Assembly: GCF_006345805.1 (NCBI RefSeq)
Contig: NC_042997.1
Coordinates: forward strand, 33,728,001 to 33,792,000
DNA: 64,000 bases
Source: Octopus sinensis
Taxonomy: Eukaryota
Reading direction: 5' to 3'
Below, in pieces: positions 1 to 12,333 of this stretch. Below the pieces are notes generated by a model, which saw nothing but the letters and a program-made list of their open reading frames with translations, ran no database searches and had not been told where the DNA came from. Position 1 is the first letter of the stretch, and each line of letters starts with the position of its first letter. The translations under genes and the position numbers were made by a program.

Positions 1-291
1 ATATGCATCTCGCTCTTCTTAAGATAGTATGATGTGATTTGAATGAGATTTGGCGGTTTTTTTCATCTCATTCTGTTGCATTTTGAGCAATTGTAGTTGC
101 ATGTTGATCAGTGGCTTATGTGGGGTTTGAACAGGTTTCCTCTTTTAAGTTGGGAACCTAGATGTCTTTTGGTTGCAAAAGGCACCAATAAATACTTTGT
201 CTTCTGAAAAGGTATTATAAGCAAGTGAGTGTCTTGAAATGTATGCTTGTTATGGCTATGTCAACAAGAGGAAGTAAGTTCATCAGTTTAA

Positions 292-495
292 CTCTTTAGC
301 ATTCAAACTGGCCATACAAAGCCAAAATATTTACCCTGGTCATATCTAGTCTCTCATCCCAACCCTACAATGTCATTCTAAAACTAAACAATGACACCAT
401 CTAAATCTCTAAACTACAACACAATGCATGATTAATTCAAAACAATATAAATAAGTAAAAATGACATTTGGCAGAATAATTTGAATACTAAAGGG
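292..495. mobile_element. piggyBac-type MITE (family P1)
   Basis: TTAA at 288-291 and 496-499; imperfect TIRs CTCTTTAGCATTCAAA / TTTGAATACTAAAGGG. Confidence 0.75.
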
Positions 496-502
496 TTAAT
501 CA

Positions 503-1040
503 TTGTCATCATCATCATCATCATCATAATTTAATGTCCATTTTCCATGCTAGCATGGGTTGGACGATTTGACTGAGGACTGGCGAGCCAGATGGCTGCG
601 CCAGGCTCTAATCTGATCTGGCAGAATTTCTACAGCTGGATGCCCTTCCTAATGCCAACCACTCCGAGAGTGTAGTGGGTGCTCTTAAAGTGCCACCGGC
701 ACGAGGTCCAGTCAGGCGGTACTAGCAATGGCCACGCTCGAAAATGGTGTTTTTTATGTGCCACCTGCACAGGAGTCAGTCCAGTGGCACTGGCAATGAC
801 CTTGCTCGAATGTTTTGTTCACGTGCCACCGGCACAAGTGCCAGTGAGGTGACGCTGACAACGATCACACTCAAATGGTGCTCTTTACGTGCCAGATAGC
901 TGCTCTGGCAGTGAACCCACTTGGATGGAGCTGTTAGTGCTCCAATGGCACAGGTGCCAGTCATCGAATTTGGTTCAATTTCGATTTCACTTGCCCCAAC
1001 AGGTCTTCGCAAGCACAGTTTAGTGTCCAGTGAAGGGAGG
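503..1040 (-). mobile_element. RTE LINE 3' UTR (family B), 5'-truncated, (GAT)n tail
   Basis: Reverse complement of the UTR that follows the RTE ORF end at 5551-6241; contains repeated GTGCCACCGGCAC motifs. Confidence 0.8.
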
Positions 1041-1178
1041 TTGGCTGGGTTGGTTGAAACTTACAATGTTGTGGGTTGTTAAGGTTATTTCTACAGATTT
1101 TCTATAGAAATTATAACCAGCCATGAATTTTGTTATGACATTTCATATCTGAGACTCTTGATGTAAATAACAATGAAA

Positions 1179-1331
1179 AAGTAGCTTGCTTACCAACCAC
1201 ATGGTTCTGGGTTCAGTCCCAGTGCGTGGCACCTTCGACAAGTGTCTTCTACTATAGCCTCGAGCCGACCAAAGCCCTGTGAGTGGATTTGGTAGACGGA
1301 AACTGATAGAAGCCTGTTGTATATATGTATG

Positions 1332-1364
<33 letters not shown>

Positions 1365-1577
1365 ATATGTTTGTGTGTCTGTTTGTCCCCCCCAGCATCG
1401 CTTGACAACCGATGCTGGTGTGTTTACATCCCTGTAACTTAGTGGTTCGGCAAAAGAGACTGATAGAATAAGTACTAGGCTTACAAGGAATAAGTCCTGA
1501 GGTCGATTTGCTCGACTAAAGGTGGTGCTCCAGCATGGCTGCAGTCAAATGACTGAAACAAGTAAAAGAGTAAAGAA
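1179..1577 (+). mobile_element. tRNA-derived SINE-A, slightly 5'-truncated
   Basis: B-box-like GGTTCAGTCCC, internal (TA)/(TG) tract, tail GACTGAAACAAGTAAAAGAG; ~20 homologues in window. Confidence 0.85.
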
Positions 1578-1909
1578 TACGTTGTACGCCTTGGATACAA
1601 AACATCATAACAAAAAAGTGTTGGCTATAATTTCTATAGAAAATCTGTAAAGATAACCTTAACAAATGATGTAATAGCACTGCTATCACTGTAGAACACG
1701 GTATTAACTTATAAAAGGGTTCAATATACATTGTAGTTGCATAACAAAATACAGTGTCCCTATAGATCATTAATGCTATGGCTGTTTACAATGCTCAATT
1801 GTTCCTATCCCATTATACTTGTGTACAAGTAGGGGGAATTGTCTTTTCTGTGAACAGATTGCTGTGCTGATGGCAAGGGATGAAACACTGGTGTTTTGGT
1901 GGGTTTGCT

Positions 1910-2405
1910 TTTACCTTTTACATGTTTCATTCATTTGGCCATGCTGGAGCACTGCATGTTTTAGCCAATCAAATTGCCTCTAGTACTTATTCTTTTGAGT
2001 CTGGTACTTATTCTATTAATCTCTTTTTCCGAACTGCTAAGTTATGAGGGACATAAACTAACACTGGTTGTCAAGCTGTGGTGAGGGAGACAAACACAAA
2101 GACACACACACACACACACACAAAGAAAGAAAGGAAGGAAGGAAGGAAGGAAGGAAGGAAGGAAGGAAGGAAGGAAGGAAGGAAGGAAGGAAGGAAGGAA
2201 GGAAGGAAGGAAGGAAGGGAAGAAAGAAAGAAAGAAAGAAGAAAGAAAGAAAGCTTCTCTCAGTTTCTGTCTACGAAATCAACCCACAAGGCTTTGGTCT
2301 GTCTGTGGCTATAATAAAACACGCTCGCCCAAAGTGCCATGTAGTGGAACTGAACTCATGGCCACATGGCAGAGAAGCGAACATTTTACCGCACAGCTAT
2401 GCCTG
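1910..2405 (-). mobile_element. Diverged SINE-A with internal (GAAG)n expansion
   Basis: Reverse-complement homology to SINE-A; (CA)n+(GAAG)n at ~2100-2250. Confidence 0.75.
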
Positions 2406-2854
2406 TTGACTGTTGTTTTTGTTTTTGTTTTTTTGTTTGTTTTCCAGTACTACATGAACTTGGCAATCAACATTTTTTTATCTGCTATAATAAACCAAAC
2501 TGATAATAGCAAACAGGAATTTTCGTAATGGATTTTCAAATAGAACAAATTCCTTCCTATAACAGATATAAAAATAACATTTGAATAAATTATAGTAGCA
2601 GTAATATTGCCAATTTTTGTGTTTTTCGAATTTAGTTTTAACACTGACACAAATGACATTTGAAAGAGAGTGGAAATGTGAGAACTTGCTCATGTTTTTT
2701 TTTTTTGCAGTTTGCAATCCTAGTTTGATCCTCAATCTAATACTATCTTTACTTTTGCAATATGCAGCTTAAAACAAGAGGAAAAAAAAAAAAAAAAAAA
2801 ATCTATCTCTCTTATTCATCTATAGCTATATAATTCTGTATGCGTCGTTATTGC

Positions 2855-2908
2855 GTGTGTATATGTGTATATAAATAAATGTGTAATTACATATATATAC
2901 TCACACAA

Positions 2909-2974
<66 letters not shown>

Positions 2975-3229
2975 ATACACACACACATATATCTATATAT
3001 ATATATATATATACACACATTCACAGATGTATATATTTATATATACACATACATGCATATATATATATGTACATGTACAGTTTGTGTGAATGTATGTGTG
3101 TGTGTGTGTCTATATATATACATATATATATAATATGCGTGTATGTATATATATATACATATATGCGTGTATGTATATATATATATAATATGTGTGTATG
3201 TATATATATATACATATATATATATACAT

Positions 3230-3274
<45 letters not shown>

Positions 3275-3465
3275 ATAAAACTGTTTATTTGTTGAATCTA
3301 ATACATCAGAAATATTGTGTTTGTATATGCGTGTGGATACACACACACAATATGTTTGCATGTGTGCATGTGTGTGCAGAATGTATCAAAAATATAGTGA
3401 ACATACAAACAGCAATACACAGACACACACACACATACACACACACATACACACACACATGCATA
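2855..3465. repeat. Compound (TA)n/(CA)n/(TG)n microsatellite
   Basis: Direct inspection; source of YI/HT-rich spurious ORFs. Confidence 0.95.
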
Positions 3466-3945
3466 TGTCTCATAAATAGATATTGCATATACCATAAACA
3501 TTGTCTTTATTTGAAAGTTTTGCAATTGTCTATTATGTACGCTGTTACATGCATTCTATTTATTGGACAGTTTTACATTCAACACCCCTTTATGTTATCA
3601 ACAACCTCAGAGGAACAGAATCAGTTGTTTATGATTAACAATTACGACTGATTTTAAAGTAAACACAATCACATCAAAGGCAAAAGGTTAACCCAGTCTA
3701 GTTCTTTGCAAGGGAAATTGGTATCTACTCTAATCTAAATTTAGATCTGTATTGTAAAGTATCAGCTTGCTGAATGAATGTTTTGTTGGCTTGCTGGATT
3801 GCCAAAGAGTCCGGTGGATCATACACCCTAACTGTCACTATGTTTTGTTCAAAACCAAAGCACTTAGCTCTTGTTCAACCAGTCCACAATCATATACAGT
3901 GTTTTTTAAAAAATCTAGTTAACGTTTAAAAAATCTAGTAAACAT

Positions 3946-4538
3946 AGGCGCAGGAGTGGCTGTGTGGTAAGTAGCTTGCTAACCAACCACATGGTTCCGG
4001 GTTCAGTCCCACTGCGTGGCATCTTGGGCAAGTGTCTTCTGCTATAGCCCCGGGCCGACCAATGCCTTGTGAGTGAATTTGGTAGACGGAAACTGAAAGA
4101 AGCCCATCGCATATATGTATATATATATATATAGTCGTAGGAGTGGCTGTTTGGTAAGTAGCTTGTTTACCAGCCACATGGTTCCGGGTTCAGTCCCACT
4201 GCGTGGCATCTTGGGCAAGTGTCTTCTGCTATAGCCCCGGGCCGACCAATGCCTTGTGAGTGAATTTGGTAGACGGAAACTGAAAGAAGCCTGTCGTATA
4301 TATATATATATATATGTATGTATGTGTGTGTATGTGTTTGTGTGTCTGTGTTTGTCCCCCTAGCATTGCTTGACAACCGATGCTGGTGTGTTTACGTCTC
4401 CATCACTTAGCGGTTCGGCAAAAGAGACCGATAGAATAAGTACAAGGCTTACAAAGAATAAATCCCGGGGTCGATTTGCTCGACTAAAGACGGTGCTCCA
4501 GCATGGCCGCAGTCAAATGACTGAAACAAGTAAAGAGT
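3946..4538 (+). mobile_element. SINE-A with tandemly duplicated head
   Basis: Heads at 3946-4110 and ~4136-4297 followed by one body and tail. Confidence 0.85.
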
Positions 4539-4844
4539 ATTTGAGCTTCAGTTGAATTTCTTAATTTATGTCTTGTCTCTCCCTCATGCTGCCTCACCAT
4601 AGTCTTCACTCCCCTCTTCACTGCATATCTGCATCCCCCCTTTGATTGTCATGGCTTAGGGATTCCAAGATAGTTGGACTATTGATCCTGTTATTGAAAT
4701 TGCCAACCATCCATCCAAATAACCCTGTGCAGTTGAACTAGGTATCACTGGACAAATGAACAAGGCAACCACATCATTGTGCTACTTAAGGGATAACAAA
4801 TATTCTTATACTTTTTGATAATGACATTTTTCTAATATATATAT

Positions 4845-5033
4845 GTACTTGCATAGCGAGTGACTTGATCTGAGATCGTGTGCTTGAACGAAAACAATTG
4901 CAGCGTGGAAGGTGTTTGTAAGCCATTTAAGAAACACACAAAACTGTTAGATTCACTCCAATATTTAAATTTAATTTGTCAAAATATTTTCGGCGATTTG
5001 AGACCATGACCTGTTCACTGACAATGCTTCACG
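4845..5033 (-). mobile_element. Penelope-like terminal repeat carrying a hammerhead motif
   Basis: Homologous to 50215-50400 and partly to 33203-33258; contains a minimal hammerhead fold. Confidence 0.55.
4976..5024 (-). ncRNA. Minimal type-I hammerhead ribozyme motif, G3-C8 core variant
   Basis: Minus strand TTGTCA-GTGAACA-G-(decayed stem II)-GAAAATATTT-TGACAA; 6-bp stem I, palindromic stem III. Confidence 0.6.
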
Positions 5034-5079
<46 letters not shown>

Positions 5080-5084
5080 TGTGT

Positions 5085-5440
5085 GGAGGCGCAATGGATC
5101 AGTGGTTTGGGCAGCAGACACGCGGTTGTAGGATCATTGTTTCAATTCCTAGACTGGGCGTTGTGAGTGTTTATTGAGCGAAAAAACCTAAAGCTCCATG
5201 TGTCTCTAGCAGGGGGTGGTGGCGTACCCTGCTCTATTCTTTCACTACAACTTTCTCTCACTCTTTCTTCCTGTTTCTGTTGTAGCTGTATTTCAAAGGG
5301 TGAGCCTTGTCACACTCTGTGTCATGCTGAATCTCCCTGAGAACTACATTAAGGGCACTTACATGTTAATTTCACGAGTAGGCTGTTCCATTGATCGGAT
5401 CAACTGGAACCCTCGTTGTCGCAACCAACAGAGTGTCACG
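5085..5440 (+). mobile_element. tRNA-derived SINE-C
   Basis: Head GGAGGCGCAATGG..AGTGGTT..GTTTCAATTCC; homologous to 16721-17107. Confidence 0.8.
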
Positions 5441-5550
5441 ATATTTATATGTAGAAATATATATATCTTTTATAATTAGGTTTAACTGCCCTTTTTAGCA
5501 TGTAAGAAGTCCTACCATGGGTCTTCTCTTTGTGTATATATCTTTATACA

Positions 5551-6241
5551 CAGACCCAGGAAGACCTGGGATGAGGTGGTGAAGCATGACCTTCGAACAT
5601 AGGCTTCACCGAGGCAATAACTAGTGACCAGAACCTTTGGAAATATGCTGTGCTTGAGAAGACTCGGCAAGCCAAGTGAGACCATAACCTTGTGGCCTAT
5701 GCCAGGGGTGTAACCAGCCCACTTATGCATACCTTTCCTTCATTGGACACTAAACTCTGCTTGCGAAGACCAGTTGAGGCAAGTGAAATCGAAATCAAAT
5801 TTGATGACTGGCATTCGTGCTAGTGGAGCTCTAAGAGTACCATCCTAGCGTGATCGTTGCCAGAGCAACAAACTGGCTTCTGTGCCGGTAGCACGTAAAA
5901 AGCACCATTCGAGCGTGATCGTTACCTGCATTGCTTTACTGGCACTTATGCTGGTGGCACATGAAAAAAACATTTGTGTGAAGTCGTTGCCAGTGCCGCT
6001 AGACTGGCTCCTGTGCAGGTGGCCATGGCCAGTACCGCCTGACTGGCCCTTGTGCCAGTGGCATGTAAAAGTACCCACTACACTCTTGGAGTGGTTGGCA
6101 TTAGGAAGGGCATCCAGCTGTAGAAACTCTGCCAGATCAGATTGGAGTCTGGTGCAGCCATCTGGTTCGCCAGACTTCAGTCAAATCCCCCAACCCACGC
6201 TAGCATGGAAAGTGGATGTTAAACAATGATGATGATGATGA
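5551..6241 (+). mobile_element. RTE LINE ORF end plus 3' UTR (family B)
   Basis: Decayed RPRKTWDEVVKHDLR..LWKYAVLEKTRQAK* typical of RTE C-terminus, then UTR and (GAT)n. Confidence 0.85.
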
Positions 6242-6495
6242 TATATATATTTAATAGTTTATAAATTGAAATAGAGGTTAAATAGCCTCATTAAAGGATG
6301 AAAGAATATCCAGTGAATTACTGGTTTGTTGCCTATTATGTTTTTGTGAATATTCATAAAAATAATAGGTTTAAGTATAAATCTTGGTTTATAAATATTC
6401 AAATTAAAACTCAGAAAATGGAGATGTAGTGTTAAAATAATTTATTATCTGCAAAAATTCATTTTCTCAGTTTTAATTTGTATATATATATATAG

Positions 6496-6815
6496 CACTC
6501 CGTCGGTTACGATGATGAGGGTCCCAGCTGATACGATCAACAGAACAGCTTGCTCATGAAATTAACGTTCAAGTGACTGAGCAATCCACAGACACGCGTA
6601 CCCCTAACGTAGTTCTCAGGGAGATTCAGCATGACACAGAGTGTGACAAGGCCGGCCCTTTGAAAATACAGGTACAACTCATTTTTGTCACCTGAGTGGA
6701 CTGGAGCAACATGAAATAAAGTGTCTTGCTCAAGGACACAACGCGTCACTGAGAATTGAGCTCATGACCTTACAATCATGAGCAGAATGCCCTAACCACT
6801 AAGCCACGCATCTTC
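6496..6815 (-). mobile_element. SINE with E/G-type head and C-type tail
   Basis: Head shares TTGAGCAAGACACTTTATTTCATGTTGCTCCAG with 42261-42596; 3' half matches SINE-C. Confidence 0.7.
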
Positions 6816-6849
6816 ACACACACACACATATAATATATATATATATGTA

Positions 6850-7058
6850 TCCATTTCCAGCCTCTCCTGGCATCTGTGCCCGTGGCACGCAAAAAGCACC
6901 CACTACACTCATGGAGTGGTTGGCGTTAGGAAGGGCATCCAGCTGTAGAAACACTGCCAGATAAAACTGGAGCCTGGTGCAGAATCCTGGCTTTCCAGAC
7001 CCCGGTGAGACCATCCAACCCATGCTAGCATGGAAAACGGATGTTAAATGATGATGAT
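6850..7058 (+). mobile_element. RTE family B 3' end
   Basis: GGAAGGGCATCCAGCTGTAG..CCATGCTAGCATGG..(GAT)n. Confidence 0.8.
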
Positions 7059-7156
7059 ATATGTAGGTATATGTGTTTACATAACAAAATAGCAAAGAGG
7101 TATTAAAAATATATAGAAAACAAAATTGTAATGAAATAAAAAAAAACAAAGCTCAT

Positions 7157-7446
7157 CTGGCTGTGTGGTAAGAAGTTTGCATCTTAACCACATGATTCTG
7201 AGTTCAGTCCTATTTCGTGGTACCTTGGGCAAGTTTCTACTATAACCTTGGACCTACCAAAGCCCTATGAGTAGATTCAGTAGAGGAAAACTGAAAGAAG
7301 CCAATCTTGGTAAAAGAAGCCCATAGAATTAGCACCAGGGTTAAAAAAAAAATGTATTAAGGTCAATTTATGTGACTAAAATTCTTTAATGCAATGCTCC
7401 AGCATGGCTGCAGTCTAATGTCTAAAACAAGTAAAAGATGAAAGAT
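7157..7446 (+). mobile_element. Diverged, internally deleted SINE-A
   Basis: Head and tail homology to SINE-A. Confidence 0.65.
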
Positions 7447-8554
7447 GTATCATTTTAATGTTGAAGGAACTTTGAAATCACCTTGTAGTAAGTACTGTAC
7501 ATATGTAAAAAAATATCTTCTTAACTTTGTATATGAAGTTGTCGCTTCTGTTCTTTCATACAAAATCATCTGAGCGGAAAAAGAACATTGTTGTCATGGT
7601 TACATTTCTAGCGAACACTACATTCCCTAGCTCAACATTCAAAGCAGTGGAATAAAAAATTCTTCACTCGTAAATCAAAGTAAGAGTTGGTGACAGGAAG
7701 AGTATCTGGCTGTAAAATACTGCCTCAAATAAATAGTTATTTAACCTGTGCCAGCATAGAAAGATGCATGTAAAAACAAATGAGTGAAAAATATATTTTT
7801 GATTATCCACTTTTATGTAGTTGTCAATGATTAAATGTTTCTTTTTAAGAAAATATTCTTATAGAAAATGTTTGTATAAACAGGAAGAAAATGTTAAACT
7901 TAAGGAAAAAAAGAACTGAAGTTACATTTACAGAGTAAGGCTAGGGACATTATTAAGCTTATGTAAAAATGGGAAAGTTTATAGTTAGCATTTATCAATT
8001 GAAGTAAGGATAGAAAAATAGCAGTTGTTGAACTTATAGCTTTTCTGCTACTTCCTCAAATCGCTATTGACAAAATATTTATAGGAATAGATATTCTCTT
8101 GGTCCACTGGAATTTAAAAGATATTACCAAAAAAAATCTGTATTTTAAGAAAGAAAATGTTTGGAATATTTAATAAAAAAAGAACTCGTTTGAAATTTGT
8201 TTTTCTCTAACTCCAGTCATCTTTGCATAAGTAAGTAGACTTATGGTTCATAGGTTGTCAATTGAATGTTGCATACAATTGGCATTTATGGTGGTTTATT
8301 CAATAATATTCTTTGACTGAAAACATCTTGTTCCTTGCTGCTTATTTTAAGGATGGATGGAAATTATTAACAGAGATCTTGTTGCTATATCGAGCAGGTT
8401 GAATATCTTTGGAGATGTTTCCTTGCCAGTTTTAGAGATGTTTCCTCATCTGTTGCCTATGATAATGTTTTATTTTTGTGTCTCAAAACCATGTATTTTA
8501 TAAAAATATATTCTTGGTTTAGGAATGGAGCAGAATCTTTCTATGTTTCATATA

Positions 8555-8765
8555 TTGTTGTTTAGCCCCAGGTCAGCTTTCATCAGCAAACCCATGATCA
8601 AAGACTTTCTAGTCATTCTAATGATAACACAATCTTTCAAACAATGTAATTAGGACTACATTACCAAGTGTGTCATTTCTTTAAGACAGTTGGTGTGATT
8701 TCAGGACAATTGGGTTGCTATTTCTAGCATGTCAGGTAACCATATTGAGACTCCATCATTGGCTC
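8555..8765. mobile_element. Old unclassified interspersed repeat (family F)
   Basis: TTTAGCCCCAGGTCA..TTAAGACAGTTGGTGTGATTT..TTTCTAGCA shared with 60231-60415 and 54935-55145. Confidence 0.55.
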
Positions 8766-8800
8766 AGTTCACCTATATATCAAGATACTCTCTCTCTCTC

Positions 8801-9422
8801 TCTTTTACTTGTTTCAGTCATTTGACTGTGGCCATGCTGGAGCACCACCTTTAGTCGAGCAAATCGACCTCAGGACTTATTTTTTGTAAGCCTTGTACTT
8901 ATTCTATCGGTCTCTTTTGCCAAACTGCTAAGTTACGGGGATGTAAACACACCAGCATCGGTTGTCAAGCAATGCTAGGGGGACAAACACAGACACAAAC
9001 ATATACACACACACATATATATATATACATATTATTTATTTTATTTGATGTTGTTGGCCGTGCAGGTGGCACGTATAAAGCACCCACTACACTCTCAGAG
9101 TGGTTGGCGTTAGGAAGGGCATCCAGCTGTAGAAACTCTGCCAGATCAAGACTGGAGCCTGGTGCAGCCATCTGGTTGCCAGCCCTCAGTCAAAACCGTC
9201 CAACCCATGCTAGCATGGAAAACGGACGTTAAATGATGATGATGATGATGATGATGATATACGACGAGCTTCTTTCAGTTTCCGTCTACCAAATTCACTT
9301 ACAAGGCTTTGGTTGGCCCGAGGCTATATCAGAAGACACTTGCCCAAGATGCCACACAGCGGGACTGAACCCGGAACCATGTGGCTGGTAAGCAAGGTAC
9401 TTACCACACAGCCACTCCTACG
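8801..9422 (-). mobile_element. SINE-A interrupted by RTE-B 3' end (9055-9258, +)
   Basis: SINE body 8801-9030 and head 9260-9422 separated by an RTE tail. Confidence 0.85.
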
Positions 9423-9737
9423 AAGAAGATGAGCTTCTTCATAGAACTTTTTCTCTCCAGTAACTCATGAGTACATGAATTACAAACACCTTTTAATTTT
9501 CTAGATGGGAGCTGTGTGTTCTATGTGTTAATCAAAGGCAACAGTCATGATTTCAGCTTTGCTGGGTCTTTTCAGTTTCAGTGTCTTTACGCATGGTCTA
9601 TCTTTTAGTCAGATGTGATTATAAGTAAATAATCAGGGGACATAGATTTGGCAATTAGTGTTTTGAAGAGAATTATATAACAGGCCAGAGGGTATATAAA
9701 ATATTTCTTTGTAAGAAATAACTTCTGTTTCATTAGT

Positions 9738-10020
9738 ATGTTAGTTAGTTAATTTTTTGGCTCAAAAAGCAAAAAGCAAGGCCATGTAGGGGGACATGGA
9801 GTTATGTACAGGGTGGTGTTCATGTAAAGAGTTCAGGACACTTGTGGTCAAGGGAGACTTTGAACCGAGCGGTCGTCGGCATCTTCACCATCTTGTCCGG
9901 CAGCTTATTCCACGGATCCGCAACCCGGTCGGAGAAAGCCCCTCTCCTTCGATTGAGATGAAATCGTCGCAGATAGAGCTTTTCGGAATGACCCCGCAGC
10001 TGACGCTCTGGAGCAGGAGT
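9738..10020 (-). mobile_element. CR1-clade LINE 3' end, (TAAC)n tail
   Basis: Minus strand translates LRGHSEKLYLRRFHLNRRRGAFSDRVADPWNKLPDKMVK, the CR1 C-terminal motif; second copy at 24578-24721. Confidence 0.75.
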
Positions 10021-10230
10021 ATAACTATTGCTTTATTATAATAGTTATTGCTTTATTGGCATATCAAATGCCATATTGGAATTCTGCCTTTTAAAATTCA
10101 TACCTTTCACTCTTCATAAGGCAGGAATAAGTAGAAAATCCATTTGTTGCTACGAGTTAGGTCAGAAGTTTGGAGATGAAATAAAGTAACTTAAAAACGC
10201 CTGCTCCAATGTATAATAGATTCAGAAACT

Positions 10231-10590
10231 CATCATCATCATCATTGTTCGACCGTGGTCGAGACAATGGAATTTACCATGCTACGCCAGACTTCATGGT
10301 CCATCTTGGCATTACGGAGGTCCTGTTGCTGGATGCCTGTATCCCTGGAGATTACATCAGGGTAGGAGAGTGTGCGCCCTCTGGTATTGCGAGTAGATGG
10401 CTTCCAGAGGAGAAGAGGAGAAATTACCTCTTTTTCAGCTCTACAACAATGTCCAGCAAACTGGACTCTCCTACCTTTCACAAGAGATGACACAGGTGGT
10501 AGTTTCCCATAGATTTGCATTTTGGTTGGATGGTGCTTCCACGAGAGATTTTGAGCTCTCATAAGGAGGCGAGTGTAGGTTCCACAAACT
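10231..10590 (-). mobile_element. RTE/RTE-X LINE 3' end
   Basis: ORF 10242-10562 (RRVQFAGHCCR..RGRTLSYPDVISRD..WR) ending directly in (TGA)n; near-identical to 17750-18131. Confidence 0.8.
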
Positions 10591-10819
10591 CAGGAATTTA
10601 TAGCTTGAGTGAATACAATACCTCTCAGTTACAGAAAGAAATGTAGTATCTGGTTTTTCTGAGGGAAGAGAATTTGGAATTAGCTCTTCAGTTTTCTTAT
10701 CCAATTAAAGAATGTGCTCAGAAAATTTGGCACCTAACTTATTCTTGATAGCTTGGTGATTTTTGTGCATGCAGAATTAACAACCTTACCTAAATATACT
10801 ATAGATGGCTTGAAATTAA

Positions 10820-11204
10820 CCCTTTGACATTCACATTAATTTGTCAAAAATACACTCACGGAGTGGTTGGCATTAGAAAGGGCATCCAGCTGTAGAAACA
10901 CTGCCAGATCAGACTGGAGCCTGGTGCAGCCTTCTGGCTTCCCAGATCCCCGGTCGAACTGTCCAACCCATGCTAGCATGGAGAACGGACGTTAAACGAT
11001 GATGATGATAATGATGATGAATGCTTATTTATCCATATTATTTTGAATTAATTGGGCATTTTTTTTGGAATTTTTAGTTTGATGAAGTAACTGTTAATTC
11101 TTAGAATGGTAATGTAGGGTTGGTGTGAGAGACCAGATCTGACCAGTTTGAACATAAAACAGTTAGAATATTTTGGGTGGATATGGCTGGTTTAAATGCT
11201 AATG
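10820..11204. mobile_element. MITE family P1 (inverted relative to 292-495) with nested RTE-B end (10851-11020)
   Basis: TTAA-CCCTTT start; 11020-11204 is reverse-complement homologous to 292-460. Confidence 0.6.
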
Positions 11205-11432
11205 GTGGCCTTGTACATAATCTTCTTGATTACATAGCCTTTGCAGTTGAATGATGTACCTCACTGAGAGGAAACTGATGCAGTTGAGAGGATCAGCATC
11301 TTTATTATTCAGCTCCTTAGCTTGGTGTTTTGTTGTCGTCATCGTCATCATCAGATCAGCAGATTTATCATTCAACTACATAGCCTATTAGTCTTTTATC
11401 ATCATCATCATCATCATCATCTCATCATCATA

Positions 11433-12333
11433 GGTGCAGGTGTGGCAGTGTGGTAAGGTGCTTGCTTCCCGACCACATGGTTCCAGGATCAGTCTTACTG
11501 TGTGGGAAAGTCTTCTACTATACTACTATAGACTTAAGCCAACCAAAGTATTGAGTAGATTTGATAGATGGAAACTGAAAGAAACCTGTTGTGTGTGTGT
11601 GTGTATATATATATATACACACACACACACATCGAAATTGAACCAAATCTTATGACTGGCACCCGGGTGATGCCAGGACGCTGGACTGACTCCTGTACAG
11701 GTGGCAAGTAAAGAAACACCATTTCGACCCTGTGTTTGAGGAGACCTATTGAGTCAAGTACATCAACATCAAAAATCAATGGAAACTGCAGTTGTGATCC
11801 CTGTGCCGGTGGCACGTAAAAAGCACCATCCAAACGTGGCCAATGCCAGCGCCGCCTTGACTGGCTTCCGTGCCGGTAGCATGTAAAAAGCACCAACCGA
11901 TCGTGGTCGTTGCCAGCCTCGCCTGGCACCTGTGCTGGTGGCATGTAAAAAGCACCCACTAGACTCACGGAGTGGTTGGCGTTAGGAAGGGCATCCAGCT
12001 GTAGAAACACTGCCAGATCAGACTGGGCCTGATGTAGCCCCTGGTTTCCCAGACCCCCTGTCGAACCGTCCAACCCATGCTAGCATGGAAAATGGACGTT
12101 AAACGATGATGATGATGATGATGATGACACATACATACACGTGTGTGTTTTTGCATCTGCATTTGTCCCACCACCACCGCTTGATAACCAGTGTTGGTGT
12201 GTTTATGTCCCTGTGAGTTAGTACTTAAGCAAAATAAATCCCAGGCTTAATAAAAAATGAGTACTGGTGACGATTCAAGGTGTTGCCCCAGCATGGCCAC
12301 AGTCTAATTACTGAAACAAATAAAAATTAAAAG
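11433..12333 (+). mobile_element. SINE-A interrupted by RTE-B 3' UTR (11632-12127)
   Basis: Head 11433-11590, RTE insert in the internal microsatellite, SINE body resumes ~12140. Confidence 0.8.

Noticed and set aside
2965-3651. Longest ORF (228 aa) and similar YI/HT/CV-rich ORFs at 15.5k, 43.7k, 46.2k, 49k
   Set aside because: Translations of microsatellites.
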